Part shown: piece by piece, positions 1 to 13,223 of the stretch
Position numbering within the stretch: the stretch's first letter is position 1
Layout: each line of letters begins with the position of its first letter
Assembly: GCA_017448355.1 (NCBI GenBank)
Contig: JAFSLQ010000042.1
Span: 6,853-70,852 of the forward strand
From: Clostridia bacterium
Lineage (GTDB): Bacteria > Bacillota > Clostridia > Christensenellales > Borkfalkiaceae
DNA: 64,000 nt
Direction of reading: 5' to 3'
Notes under the pieces: generated by a model
Told to the model about the DNA's origin: nothing
Databases searched by the model: none
The model's input: only the letters and a program-made list of their open reading frames with translations
Made by a program: the position numbers and the translations under genes

Positions 1-396
1 GCTTCCGCGACGGGATTAACCCGTATGACGAAATCCGCTATGGAACAGCACCCTGAGAGTGAAATGTGGAAATTTGTGGACGGCGATATAAATAAAGTCG
101 ATGGCAGGACTTCCTTTGAGTGCGCAAAACAAGGCGACGCAGCGGCAAATTCGGTTGTTGACGATTTTGTTATGTATCTTTCGGAAGGTATTATGAATTT
201 AGCAAATATCTTCCGTCCCGAAGCGTTCATTATCGGTGGCGGGATAAGCGCGCAAGGTAAATATCTTACGGATAAGTTAACGGCTTATTGTGAAAAATAT
301 TGTTACGGATATAAAAACGCGCCGAAGTCCGAAATCATTACCGCAACTCTCGGTAATGATGCGGGGATAATCGGCGCAGCGGCTCTCGTTATTTAA
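1..396 (+). CDS. ROK-family sugar kinase (glucokinase-like), C-terminal part; 5' end lies outside the window
   Basis: Frame-1 ORF is open to the window edge. The C-terminus ...ATLGNDAGIIGAAAL is typical of ROK glucokinases. Confidence 0.7.
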   Translation, partial: ASATGLTRMTKSAMEQHPESEMWKFVDGDINKVDGRTSFECAKQGDAAANSVVDDFVMYLSEGIMNLANIFRPEAFIIGGGISAQGKYLTDKLTAYCEKYCYGYKNAPKSEIITATLGNDAGIIGAAALVI

Positions 397-413
397 AAGA
401 GATAAACAGTCTG

Positions 414-980
414 ATGAATAATTGGAAAGCAATAAAAGCAATATTATATCTTATTGCTTCAATATTAATATTTATTTTTAACCGCTCTATTATGCCATAC
501 GTTGGGATAGTAGTCGGTGCGGTCGTTTGCATATATGCGATGGAAGAATTAATCGTTGCAGCTGCAAAGAGAACGCTTTTCGATAATCCTTATTTGTTGT
601 CTGATGGGATAGTACAACTTCTTATTGGTGCGGTTTTATTTCTTGTTTCTTTTGATATTTTCAAAGTTTGCCTTGTTTGGGGCGTATGGTCAATACTCCG
701 TGAAAGTAAAGAGTTTGCCGAAGCGGTAAAAAATCTTTCACAAAAGAAACTTGGGATAATAAATGTTGTAGAATCGGTAGTGGTTGTAATACTTTCTTTC
801 TTCTTGGTTTTAGAACCTAATGAAGAACATGCAAGACTGCGCGTTTTTTTGCTTGCCGCAGAACTTGCTATAGTCGTTTTCTTCTATTTTGCGGAAATTT
901 TAAGAGATTTTTTAGCAAAGAAGAAAGGACAATGCGATACCAACAGTTTTGATGATGAAAGCGAAGAAATGATTATTTAG
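414..980 (+). CDS. hypothetical polytopic membrane protein with acidic C-terminal tail
   Basis: 188-aa ORF with several hydrophobic helices. It starts 18 nt after the upstream stop. No recognisable motif. Confidence 0.55.
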   Translation: MNNWKAIKAILYLIASILIFIFNRSIMPYVGIVVGAVVCIYAMEELIVAAAKRTLFDNPYLLSDGIVQLLIGAVLFLVSFDIFKVCLVWGVWSILRESKEFAEAVKNLSQKKLGIINVVESVVVVILSFFLVLEPNEEHARLRVFLLAAELAIVVFFYFAEILRDFLAKKKGQCDTNSFDDESEEMII

Positions 981-993
981 AATTAAAACGATT

Positions 994-1037
994 AAAAAGC
1001 CCTGCGCCTTGTTACAAAACAAGGCGCAGGGCTTTTT
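994..1037. terminator. bidirectional intrinsic terminator between convergent genes
   Basis: Perfect 17-nt arms AAAAAGCCCTGCGCCTT / AAGGCGCAGGGCTTTTT around a 10-nt loop. A/T runs flank both sides. Confidence 0.75.
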
Positions 1038-1050
1038 AATTATTAATTTA

Positions 1051-2415
1051 TTAATTCAGAATTCTTCTTGCTACAAAGATGCCGCTTGCCGAAGCGTGCG
1101 AAAGAGAGTGGGTAACCCCGCTACCGTCGCCGATAACGTAAAGACCTTTCAGTTTGGTTTCAAGATTATTGTCGATAGATACTTCCATATTATAGAACTT
1201 AACTTCCACTCCGTAAAGAAGAGTGTCGTCGTTGGCTGTTCCGGGAGCAACTTTGTCGAGCGCATAAATCATCTCGATAATACCGTCTAAAATTCGCTTG
1301 GGCAGCACAAGACTTAAATCGCCCGGTGTTGCGGCAAGGGTGGGGATAGTCGTGTTTTCGTCTATACGCTTTTCCGTACTGCGCCTACCCCTTATAAGGT
1401 CGCCGAAACGCTGTACGATTACGCCGCCGCCAAGCATATTTGAAAGCCTTGCAATGCTTTCCGCATAGCCGTTACTGTCTTTAAACGGTTCTGAAAAGTG
1501 TTTACTGACAAGCAGCGCAAAGTTTGTGTTTTTGGTTTTATAAGCGGAGTCTTCGTAACTGTGTCCGTTTACGGTAACTATGCCGTTAGTGTTTTCATTT
1601 ACGACTATTCCGTTCGGATTCATACAGAACGTCCTGACCGAGTCTTCAAATTTTTCAGTTCTGTAAACTATTTTACTCTCGTAAAGTTCGTCGGTAAGAC
1701 TTGAAAAAATCTCCGCGGGGAGTTCTACGCGTACGCCGATATCAACGCGGTTGGACTTGGTGGGAATTTTTAGTTTTTTACATATTTTTTCCATCCAGTT
1801 ACTTCCGCTTCTGCCTACGGATATTATGCATTGTTTGCAATTATATTCCGCGCTATCGGTGATTACGGTAAAGCCGTTGTCGTCCGCTTTTACGTCCACG
1901 ACAGGGGTGTCGAAATAGAAGTCGACTTTATCTTTTAGAAGATTATAAAGATTTTTAAGAACTACGGAGTTTTTGTCCGTACCTAAATGCCTGACTTTGG
2001 CGTCTAAAAGATTAAGTTTATTTTGAAGACAGATTTTTTTCAGATGCGTGCCTGCGGTGGAATACATTTTCGTACCTTCACCGCCGTACTTCATATTGAT
2101 TTCGTCAACGTAAGTCATAAGTTCTATGGCTTTTTGTTTGCCGATATGTTCGTGCAAACTGCCGCCGAAGTCGTTAGTTATGTTATATTTACCGTCAGAA
2201 AACGCCCCTGCGCCGCCAAAACCGGACATTATCGAACAGGTTTTGCAGTTAATACATGATTTTATTTTATCGCCGTCAATAGGGCATTTTCTTTTTTCCA
2301 AAGAATGTCCCGCGTCGAAAACCGCAACGGAAAGACCGTTATTCTCTTTTGTGAGTTCGTATGCGGCGAAAATGCCGCCAGGGCCTGCACCGATAATTAT
2401 TACGTCGTAATTCAT
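1051..2415 (-). CDS. FAD-dependent oxidoreductase (uncharacterised COG2509-type dehydrogenase)
   Basis: N-terminus MNYDVIIIGAGPGGIFAAYEL is a dinucleotide-binding GxGxxG fold. Start chosen at the ATG preceded by GGAGAA (2415); the ORF track extends to 2496. Confidence 0.8.
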   Translation of the reverse strand: MNYDVIIIGAGPGGIFAAYELTKENNGLSVAVFDAGHSLEKRKCPIDGDKIKSCINCKTCSIMSGFGGAGAFSDGKYNITNDFGGSLHEHIGKQKAIELMTYVDEINMKYGGEGTKMYSTAGTHLKKICLQNKLNLLDAKVRHLGTDKNSVVLKNLYNLLKDKVDFYFDTPVVDVKADDNGFTVITDSAEYNCKQCIISVGRSGSNWMEKICKKLKIPTKSNRVDIGVRVELPAEIFSSLTDELYESKIVYRTEKFEDSVRTFCMNPNGIVVNENTNGIVTVNGHSYEDSAYKTKNTNFALLVSKHFSEPFKDSNGYAESIARLSNMLGGGVIVQRFGDLIRGRRSTEKRIDENTTIPTLAATPGDLSLVLPKRILDGIIEMIYALDKVAPGTANDDTLLYGVEVKFYNMEVSIDNNLETKLKGLYVIGDGSGVTHSLSHASASGIFVARRILN

Positions 2416-2511
2416 AAATTCTCCGTAGTTGTATAAGTTTATCCCAACGGATTTAATTATACCATTTATAAGGCTATAAATCAAATAAAAACGCAAAAAA
2501 CTTTTTCTTTA

Positions 2512-2523
2512 ACAATCGATTGT
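2512..2523. promoter_or_regulatory. 12-bp perfect palindrome ACAATCGATTGT (candidate operator) in the divergent intergenic region
   Basis: Self-complementary 12-mer. It overlaps a TTGTGT-17-TAAAAT promoter-like element (2520-2548) facing the FTR-like gene. Confidence 0.3.
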
Positions 2524-2571
2524 GTTTTTCGTCGGTTTATTGTAAAATAATAAAGAAGGTAGGTGAATATA

Positions 2572-2769
2572 ATGAAAATAATTTTTAATCCCGATGAAAA
2601 AATCGTTAACGCAATACGCGAAGGTTTGAAGAAAAAGGACGGATATTGTCCTTGCCGCGTTGCAAAAACCGAAGACACCGTTTGTATGTGTAAAGAGTTC
2701 AGAGAGCAAATAGCAGACCCCGAATTTGAAGGGTTCTGTCATTGCAGACTTTATTATAAATACAAATAA
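2572..2769 (+). CDS. ferredoxin:thioredoxin reductase catalytic-subunit-like mini protein (CPC...CMC...CHC)
   Basis: About 65 aa with three CxC pairs (CPC, CMC, CHC), as in the FTR catalytic-subunit Fe-S/disulfide motif. The ATG at 2572 lies 8 nt after AAGGTAGG; the ORF track uses GTG 2563. Confidence 0.65.
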   Translation: MKIIFNPDEKIVNAIREGLKKKDGYCPCRVAKTEDTVCMCKEFREQIADPEFEGFCHCRLYYKYK

Positions 2770-2782
2770 AAATTTATATTAA

Positions 2783-2813
2783 CGCCGCTGCGCTTAAATT
2801 TAGCGCAGCGGCG
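2783..2813. terminator. bidirectional intrinsic terminator
   Basis: 12-bp GC-rich stem CGCCGCTGCGCT / AGCGCAGCGGCG between convergent genes. T-rich sequence follows. Confidence 0.75.
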
Positions 2814-2825
2814 GTTTAATAATTT

Positions 2826-3992
2826 TTACAAAAAATTGTTATTAATAATTTCCCGATAATTTTTTATAACTTCTTCTGCAACTGAATCCCAAGATTTGTA
2901 AACCTGTTTATATGCGGTTTCCTTCATGGCGATAAGTTTATCCTTGTCGTTTAAAATTTCTTCAATCCTATTAGCCCACGCCGTAGGGGATTTTTCTACC
3001 AAATATCCGTTTACGTTATTCTCGATTATTTCCGCAGCGGCACAGCCTTCGTTCATAATAATAGGAAGTTTCATTGCTGCGGCGTCTATCGACGCAATAC
3101 TCGACGTGTCGAATGTAGAAGGGAATATAAATAAATTTGCCCGTAAATAGTATGCGGAAAGTTCTTCTCTATCTAAAATCTTGCCTGTAAAAATAACGTA
3201 ATCAGTTAATCCGTATTCGTCAACCGTTGCTTTAAGTTTATTTTCGTAATTTCCGCTTCCGACAATCAAGAATTTAAATTTATATCCGTCATTTGCAACT
3301 TTTTTCAATGCCTCAAGCGCTAATTGTAAGTTTTTGTTTTCTACTATTCTGCCGACAGATAAAAACACGGTTTCATCTTTACTGAGATTATACTTGTCAT
3401 TAATTTGTTCTATTAACTTCTCGGCGTTTTCGGGATAGAGAAAATCCGTTCCGTTTCTTATAACTTTAATAGGTTTTTTGTAGCCGTATTCGTGAAGACA
3501 ATCGCTCGCACCGTTACTGACTGTCCATACGTAATCGACGCGGTTTATGTTTTTTAAAATATACCGCATCATAAAGTTTTGTAAACATTTTAATTTCAAA
3601 TCGCGTTCAAAATCTTCTTTAAATTTTGTGTGAAATGTGAAAATTGTCGGTATATTATGTTTTTTTGCGTATTTTGTAAAAAATCCGCACAGCGTAAACG
3701 GGGAGTGAATATGGATAATATCAAATTTATTTTCTTTAAGAAATTTTTTCAACTTAAAATCTATACCCGGGAGTGCGCAGCGATATCCTTCCGCCGACGG
3801 TATGGATTTAGTCCTGAACACGGTAAAAGGCTGATTATCCGTATAATTAGGAAAATAAGGAACGACAAGTTTAACGTCAATATCCTTCATATTTAAAAAA
3901 CTTTTAGCATAATTCGTTATAACTTGGCATGGTCCGTCGAATTTGGGATAATAACAATCCAGGACTTCTAAAATTTTCAATTTATTTTCCAT
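2826..3992 (-). CDS. GT4-family (GT-B fold) glycosyltransferase, possibly a glycolipid synthase
   Basis: N-terminus MENKLKILEVLDCYYPKFDG and the C-terminal half (VGRIVENKN..., FIFPS, E-x7-E-like region) fit glycosyltransferase family 4. The start is uncertain (3992, 4022 or 4037). Confidence 0.8.
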   Translation of the reverse strand: MENKLKILEVLDCYYPKFDGPCQVITNYAKSFLNMKDIDVKLVVPYFPNYTDNQPFTVFRTKSIPSAEGYRCALPGIDFKLKKFLKENKFDIIHIHSPFTLCGFFTKYAKKHNIPTIFTFHTKFKEDFERDLKLKCLQNFMMRYILKNINRVDYVWTVSNGASDCLHEYGYKKPIKVIRNGTDFLYPENAEKLIEQINDKYNLSKDETVFLSVGRIVENKNLQLALEALKKVANDGYKFKFLIVGSGNYENKLKATVDEYGLTDYVIFTGKILDREELSAYYLRANLFIFPSTFDTSSIASIDAAAMKLPIIMNEGCAAAEIIENNVNGYLVEKSPTAWANRIEEILNDKDKLIAMKETAYKQVYKSWDSVAEEVIKNYREIINNNFL

Positions 3993-4149
3993 AACGATTA
4001 TCTCACAAAAAATTTTTTGCATGTAATTTTCATACAAACGAATTGTAACACGATGACAAAGGAATTGTCAAGTTAAAACATATTGCGTTATTTGATGTTT
4101 TAAGTTGCGAAAGCAAACGAATTGTTTTTATTGTTTATCTCTTTTAAAC

Positions 4150-4178
4150 TTGAAAAAAACCATGCTTTATGTTAAAAT
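4150..4178 (+). promoter_or_regulatory. sigma-A-type promoter TTGAAA-17-TAAAAT in front of pcrA
   Basis: -35 at 4150-4155 and -10 at 4173-4178. The pcrA ATG (4185) sits exactly where +1 is expected. Confidence 0.5.
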
Positions 4179-4184
4179 ATTTCT

Positions 4185-8370
<4,186 letters not shown>

Positions 8371-8387
8371 ATTAATATATAAAATAC

Positions 8388-8416
8388 TTGCTTATTGCGA
8401 TGTTTTGTGGTAAAAT
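8388..8416 (+). promoter_or_regulatory. sigma-A-type promoter TTGCTT-17-TAAAAT (TGn extended -10)
   Basis: Hexamers at 8388-8393 and 8411-8416, with TGG immediately upstream of the -10. Lies upstream of yicC. Confidence 0.45.
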
Positions 8417-8453
8417 AAACGGGAAATAAGCGAGCGGGTTAACGAGTGGTGAT

Positions 8454-9326
8454 ATGATGTACAGTATGACGGGCTACGGCAGGGCGGAATATTCGGAAAA
8501 CGGCATAGATTTGACAGTTGAATTAAAATCGGTGAATAACCGAAATTTTGATTTCAGCGCCAAGATGTCGAGAGCGTTTATATGCTTTGAAGACAGAATC
8601 AGAAAGACTGTTAACGATTACATTAAGCGCGGCAGAATCGAACTGTTCGTTAATTTTTCCGACCACCGCGAAAAGGGGGCGACGATAAACGCTGACCTGT
8701 CGCGTGCCGCGGAATATTATAACGCCGCAAAAACTATTGCGGAAAGTCTTAATATTCCCAACGACTGTTCGGTTTCTTACCTTATGAAGTGCCCCGACGT
8801 AATAACGGACGATTTTTCGTTCGATGCGACGGAGTTTGAAGAAATTCTTATATCCACCGTTAAAAAGGCATGCGAAAAGTTTAACGAGATGCGGAAGACG
8901 GAAGGCGAAAAACTCATTTCGGATATGCTTTCGCGGATGACAACTATAGGCGAGATAACCGACAATATAGCGCTTCGCGCACCGTTTGTGGCGACCGAGT
9001 ATAAAGAAAGGCTTAAAGCACGTATCGAAGAAGCGTTAAACGGCGTAAATTATGACGAAACGCGTTTGCTTAACGAAGTTGCCTTTTATACCGATAAGGT
9101 CAATATAGATGAAGAACTGACCAGATTAAAATCGCACATTGCGCAGTTTTGCACTATCGTTAACACTTTGGGTTCGGGCAAAAAACTTGATTTTTTAATG
9201 CAGGAGTTTAACCGCGAGGCAAACACCATTTGTTCTAAATCCAACGACTTAAAGGTAACCGAATACGGCTTATCGCTTAAAAACGAGATAGAAAAGGTCA
9301 GAGAACAGGTTCAAAACCTTGAATAA
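8454..9326 (+). CDS. yicC: YicC/YloC-family stress-induced protein (endoribonuclease family)
   Basis: N-terminal SMTGYG signature. Size (290 aa) and position upstream of rpoZ/priA are as in Firmicutes. Confidence 0.88.
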   Translation: MMYSMTGYGRAEYSENGIDLTVELKSVNNRNFDFSAKMSRAFICFEDRIRKTVNDYIKRGRIELFVNFSDHREKGATINADLSRAAEYYNAAKTIAESLNIPNDCSVSYLMKCPDVITDDFSFDATEFEEILISTVKKACEKFNEMRKTEGEKLISDMLSRMTTIGEITDNIALRAPFVATEYKERLKARIEEALNGVNYDETRLLNEVAFYTDKVNIDEELTRLKSHIAQFCTIVNTLGSGKKLDFLMQEFNREANTICSKSNDLKVTEYGLSLKNEIEKVREQVQNLE

Positions 9327-9367
9327 ATAAAAAACGTATAATTTTGCAATAAAAGGAGTAATAGATT

Positions 9368-9571
9368 ATGATACATAAACCGCCGATTGACGAGTTAGCG
9401 TCAAAAATAGGTTCAAAGTATTCTTTGTGCGTGGTTGCATCTAAAAGGGCGAGACAGATAATGGAACAGGCGCAAAATCAGGGGCTTACCGAACTTCCCG
9501 ATAACGAGAAACCTTTGTCGGTTGCCGCACAGGAAATTTACGACGGCAAACTCATCGCAACGAACGACTGA
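9368..9571 (+). CDS. rpoZ: DNA-directed RNA polymerase subunit omega
   Basis: 67 aa with ...KYSLCVVASKRARQI..., the omega signature. AAGGAG RBS upstream. Confidence 0.88.
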   Translation: MIHKPPIDELASKIGSKYSLCVVASKRARQIMEQAQNQGLTELPDNEKPLSVAAQEIYDGKLIATND

Positions 9572-9637
9572 TAAAGGCGTTCAAAGATTGGTTTTTGACT
9601 ATGCGTTCACGGTGCTGGACGCATTTGTTTTAGAAAA

Positions 9638-11833
9638 ATGTTTGCAGACGTTATCGTCGATATTTCGCATAGTGAAGCGGATAAAATATTTGAGTATTCT
9701 TATTCCGATTGCGGGGTGTTACCCGGCAGTCGCGTTTTAGTGCCTTTCGGTAGTAAAACTATTGAAGGGATAGTCATCAGAACGAAAGAAAGTTGTGAAT
9801 TCGACGTAAACAAAATTAAACCGATAGTTGCGGTTCTGGAAGAAATCCCCGCGCTTACGCGTGAGACTTTGTCTCTGTCGGAGTATGTCGCTAAAACCTG
9901 TTACGTGTCAAAGGCATTGTCTTTCAGACTGTTTTTGCCTGCCGAAATGCGTAAAGGCAGGGTGAGAGAGCAATTCGTTAAGTATGCCGCGTTAAACGAG
10001 AACGCCGACATTGAAGAGATTTTATCTTCGCTTAGAAAAAATGCGTTAAAACAACGCGAACTAATAGAGTTTTTGCGTGCTAACGGCAAATCCGCCATGT
10101 CGATATTAAACGAAAAATTCGGCGGCGCGGTTAAAGCATTAAACGATAAAAATGCGCTTATAATTACTTCGGAAAAACGTTTCCGTTCGCCTTATAAAGA
10201 TTTGGGCGGCACGGCGAAAAAAGTCGTTTTAACCGAAAAACAGCGCGGCGCGATAGATTTTATACAAAATTCCGAAAAACTTACTACGCTTTTATTCGGC
10301 GTAACCGGAAGCGGTAAAACCGAAGTTTATCTGGATTTGATAGATAAAACTCTAAAAGGCGGAAAAAGCACCATAATGCTTGTGCCTGAAATTTCACTTA
10401 CGCCGCAAATGCTTAAACAGTTACGAGCGCGATTCGGTGAAAACGCGGCGATAATGCATAGCGGACTTTCGGCAGGGGAGCGCTACGACGAGTGGTGGCG
10501 TCTTCGCACGGGCGAGGCAAAAATAGCAATCGGCGCACGCAGCGCGATTTTCGCACCCGTTGAAAACTTAGGGCTTATCATTATCGATGAAGAACACGAC
10601 GGCAGTTATACCAGCGAATCCGCGCCGAGATACAACACCGTAGACGTTGCGAAATTCCGTTCTTCTTATAACGGTGCTAAACTTGTTTTAGGTAGCGCAA
10701 CGCCGTCGGTAGAAAGTTTTATGAACGCTGAAAACGGGCAATACAATCTTTTTGAATTGCCAGACAGAATAAACCAAAAACCGCTACCCGATATTGAAAT
10801 CGCGGATATGCGCAAGGAAGTGCGCCGCGGTAACAATTCGCCTTTTTCGTCAATCTTAAAAGACGAAATAGCAAAATGTCTTGAAAAGGGCAATCAGGCG
10901 ATACTATTTTTAAATCAACGCGGGTATTCCAAAACCGTTGTCTGTACCGAGTGCGGACACGTGCAGAAATGTTCTTCTTGCGACGTTTCCTTGACCTATC
11001 ATAAGGAAGACGATTCGCTTTTGTGCCATTATTGCGGCGCAAAATATAAGATGATTAAAGCCTGTACCGAGTGCGGAAGTCCGTATATAAAATACGGCGG
11101 ATTCGGTACGGAAAAAATAGTCGCCGACCTTAAAACTCTTTTCCCGTCCGCACGAGTTTTGCGTATGGACAGGGATACGACTACAAGCAAAGAAGGGCAT
11201 TTTAAGATTTTGAACGAATTTTCGTCGAGAAACGCAGACATTTTGGTCGGCACGCAGATGATAGCCAAGGGGCACGACTTTCCCTTTGTTACGCTTGTCG
11301 GAATCTTGGACGCGGATATGAGTTTGCACTTTTCCGATTTCAGAAGCGCGGAACGAACTTTTCAGTTAATTACGCAAGTCGCGGGCAGAAGCGGCAGAGC
11401 GGGCGAAGCGGGCAAAGTGGTTTTGCAAACCTACCAGCCGGAAAATCACGTGCTTAGACAAGCGATAAATTACGATTATAAAGGGTTTTTCGAGCGCGAA
11501 ATTTCCATAAGAAAGGCGACGGCTTTTCCGCCGTTTACCCAAATTGTAAGGGTTTTAGTGCAAAGCGAAAACGATGAACTCGCGCTTACGTCCGTTAAAG
11601 AACTTTACGAAGAATTGAGCGCGATAAAGAAAGTACGAGAAGACTGTTTTAAGTTTTTCGGGTGTATGAAAGCACCGCTTAAAAAATTACAAGGAAAGTA
11701 CCGCTATCAGATTTTAATGCGTATAGATAACGGCAACGAAGATATTTTAGATTCGGTTTATAAATCCGTGAACGCGCGTAATAAGGGTAAAATCAACGCG
11801 TATATGGAAATAAATCCCAACAATTTAACTTAA
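9638..11833 (+). CDS. priA: primosomal replication-restart helicase PriA
   Basis: GVTGSGKTEVY Walker A, DEEHD motif II, Cys-rich zinc insert CTECG...CSSCD...CHYCG...CTECG. Confidence 0.95.
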   Translation: MFADVIVDISHSEADKIFEYSYSDCGVLPGSRVLVPFGSKTIEGIVIRTKESCEFDVNKIKPIVAVLEEIPALTRETLSLSEYVAKTCYVSKALSFRLFLPAEMRKGRVREQFVKYAALNENADIEEILSSLRKNALKQRELIEFLRANGKSAMSILNEKFGGAVKALNDKNALIITSEKRFRSPYKDLGGTAKKVVLTEKQRGAIDFIQNSEKLTTLLFGVTGSGKTEVYLDLIDKTLKGGKSTIMLVPEISLTPQMLKQLRARFGENAAIMHSGLSAGERYDEWWRLRTGEAKIAIGARSAIFAPVENLGLIIIDEEHDGSYTSESAPRYNTVDVAKFRSSYNGAKLVLGSATPSVESFMNAENGQYNLFELPDRINQKPLPDIEIADMRKEVRRGNNSPFSSILKDEIAKCLEKGNQAILFLNQRGYSKTVVCTECGHVQKCSSCDVSLTYHKEDDSLLCHYCGAKYKMIKACTECGSPYIKYGGFGTEKIVADLKTLFPSARVLRMDRDTTTSKEGHFKILNEFSSRNADILVGTQMIAKGHDFPFVTLVGILDADMSLHFSDFRSAERTFQLITQVAGRSGRAGEAGKVVLQTYQPENHVLRQAINYDYKGFFEREISIRKATAFPPFTQIVRVLVQSENDELALTSVKELYEELSAIKKVREDCFKFFGCMKAPLKKLQGKYRYQILMRIDNGNEDILDSVYKSVNARNKGKINAYMEINPNNLT

Positions 11834-11843
11834 AAGGTGAGAT

Positions 11844-12302
11844 ATGGCAATACGTAATATTATTCAGATGGGCGACCCTACGTTAAGAAAAAGAAGTTTT
11901 GAAGTGGTTGATTTCGGCGAAAAGACAGCCGCACTTTTAGACGATATGAAAGACACGCTTATAAAAGCCGACGGCGTGGGGCTTGCCGCACCGCAAGTCG
12001 GGGTTTTAAGGCGTATTTTTATCGTAAGTTACGAAGATAAGTACTACGAGTGCATAAATCCCGTAATTGTCGCAAAAAGCGGCAAACAGGTAGGGGACGA
12101 AGCGTGTTTATCCGTTCGCGGAAAGTTCGGTACGGTGGAGCGTCCGAAGAAAATTACTGTCGAAGCGTTTGACCGTCACGGCAATAAGTTTACCGTAAAA
12201 GCGCAGGATTTTTTAGCGCGGGCGTTTTGTCATGAGTACGACCATCTGGACGGGATTTTGTACGTGGACAAGGCAAAGAACGTTGAGGAAGATAAAAGGT
12301 GA
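11844..12302 (+). CDS. def: peptide deformylase
   Basis: Motifs GVGLAAPQ, EACLS, HEYDHLDG. Confidence 0.95.
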   Translation: MAIRNIIQMGDPTLRKRSFEVVDFGEKTAALLDDMKDTLIKADGVGLAAPQVGVLRRIFIVSYEDKYYECINPVIVAKSGKQVGDEACLSVRGKFGTVERPKKITVEAFDRHGNKFTVKAQDFLARAFCHEYDHLDGILYVDKAKNVEEDKR

Positions 12303-13219
12303 AAGTAGTATTTCTCGGTACGCCTGATTTTGCGGTTTTGCCCCTTAAAGCGGTTTGCGAAACGAAAGGGGTAGAAGTCGCGGCGGTAATATGCAATAAA
12401 GATAAGCCTTTCGGCAGAAAACAGGTTTTGACCGCTCCGCCCGTAAAAGTCATAGCGGAAAGTCTCGGTATACCTGTTTTTCAGTACGATAAAATTCGCG
12501 TAGAAGGTGTTGATGACCTTAAAAGGCTTGCACCCGATTTAATGATAACCTGTGCTTTCGGGCAGATTTTGTCGCAGGAAATTCTTGATATCCCGAAACA
12601 CGGCGTTATCAACATACACGCGTCGCTACTTCCTAAGTATCGCGGTGCGTCGCCTATACATTACGCAATTTTAAACGGCGAAAAAACTACCGGCATTACC
12701 ATAATGAAAACCGATATCGGCATTGATACCGGCGATATTCTGCTACAAAAGTCGCTGCAAATCGGCGACAATGAGACGTGCGGTGAACTTTTTGAAAGGT
12801 TGTCGGTTCTCGGTGCGGAGTGTATTAAAGACGCGCTTTCTTTAATTATGCAAAATAGTGCCGTTTACACGCCGCAAATTGAAAGTAAGGCGACTTTTAC
12901 CAAAATCATAACGAAAGAACAGGCGCGTATCGACTGGACAAAATCCGCCGACGATATAGTTAATTTAGTGAGAGCGTTTAATCCCGCGCCTGTTGCGTTT
13001 ACCACTTTAAACGGAGAGCCGTTTAAAATTTACAGCGCCGAAAAGTGCGATATAACGGGAAACGCGGGGGAAATTCTTTTCGCCGATAAAACTTTAATCG
13101 TCGGCGCGGGGGAAAAATCCGTTTCTTTGTTAAAAGTGTGTAAAGCGGGCGGAAAGCCTATGCAAATAAGCGACTTTTTAAGGGGCAACAAACTCTCGAC
13201 GGGAACAAAGTTAGGATAG
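12299..13219 (+). CDS. fmt: methionyl-tRNA formyltransferase
   Basis: HASLLPKYRGASPI motif. 4-nt overlap with def. Confidence 0.95.
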   Translation: MKVVFLGTPDFAVLPLKAVCETKGVEVAAVICNKDKPFGRKQVLTAPPVKVIAESLGIPVFQYDKIRVEGVDDLKRLAPDLMITCAFGQILSQEILDIPKHGVINIHASLLPKYRGASPIHYAILNGEKTTGITIMKTDIGIDTGDILLQKSLQIGDNETCGELFERLSVLGAECIKDALSLIMQNSAVYTPQIESKATFTKIITKEQARIDWTKSADDIVNLVRAFNPAPVAFTTLNGEPFKIYSAEKCDITGNAGEILFADKTLIVGAGEKSVSLLKVCKAGGKPMQISDFLRGNKLSTGTKLG

Positions 13220-13223
13220 TTTA

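Noticed and set aside
1009-2410. Several 60-94-aa plus-strand ORFs (1009-1290, 1498-1704, 2023-2259, 2126-2410) inside the FAD oxidoreductase locus
   Set aside because: They are antisense to a 454-aa ORF that has clear FAD-binding motifs and a good RBS. They have no independent support.
9522-9740. 72-aa ORF bridging the rpoZ end and the priA start
   Set aside because: It overlaps two well-supported genes in another frame. It has no RBS and no recognisable motif.
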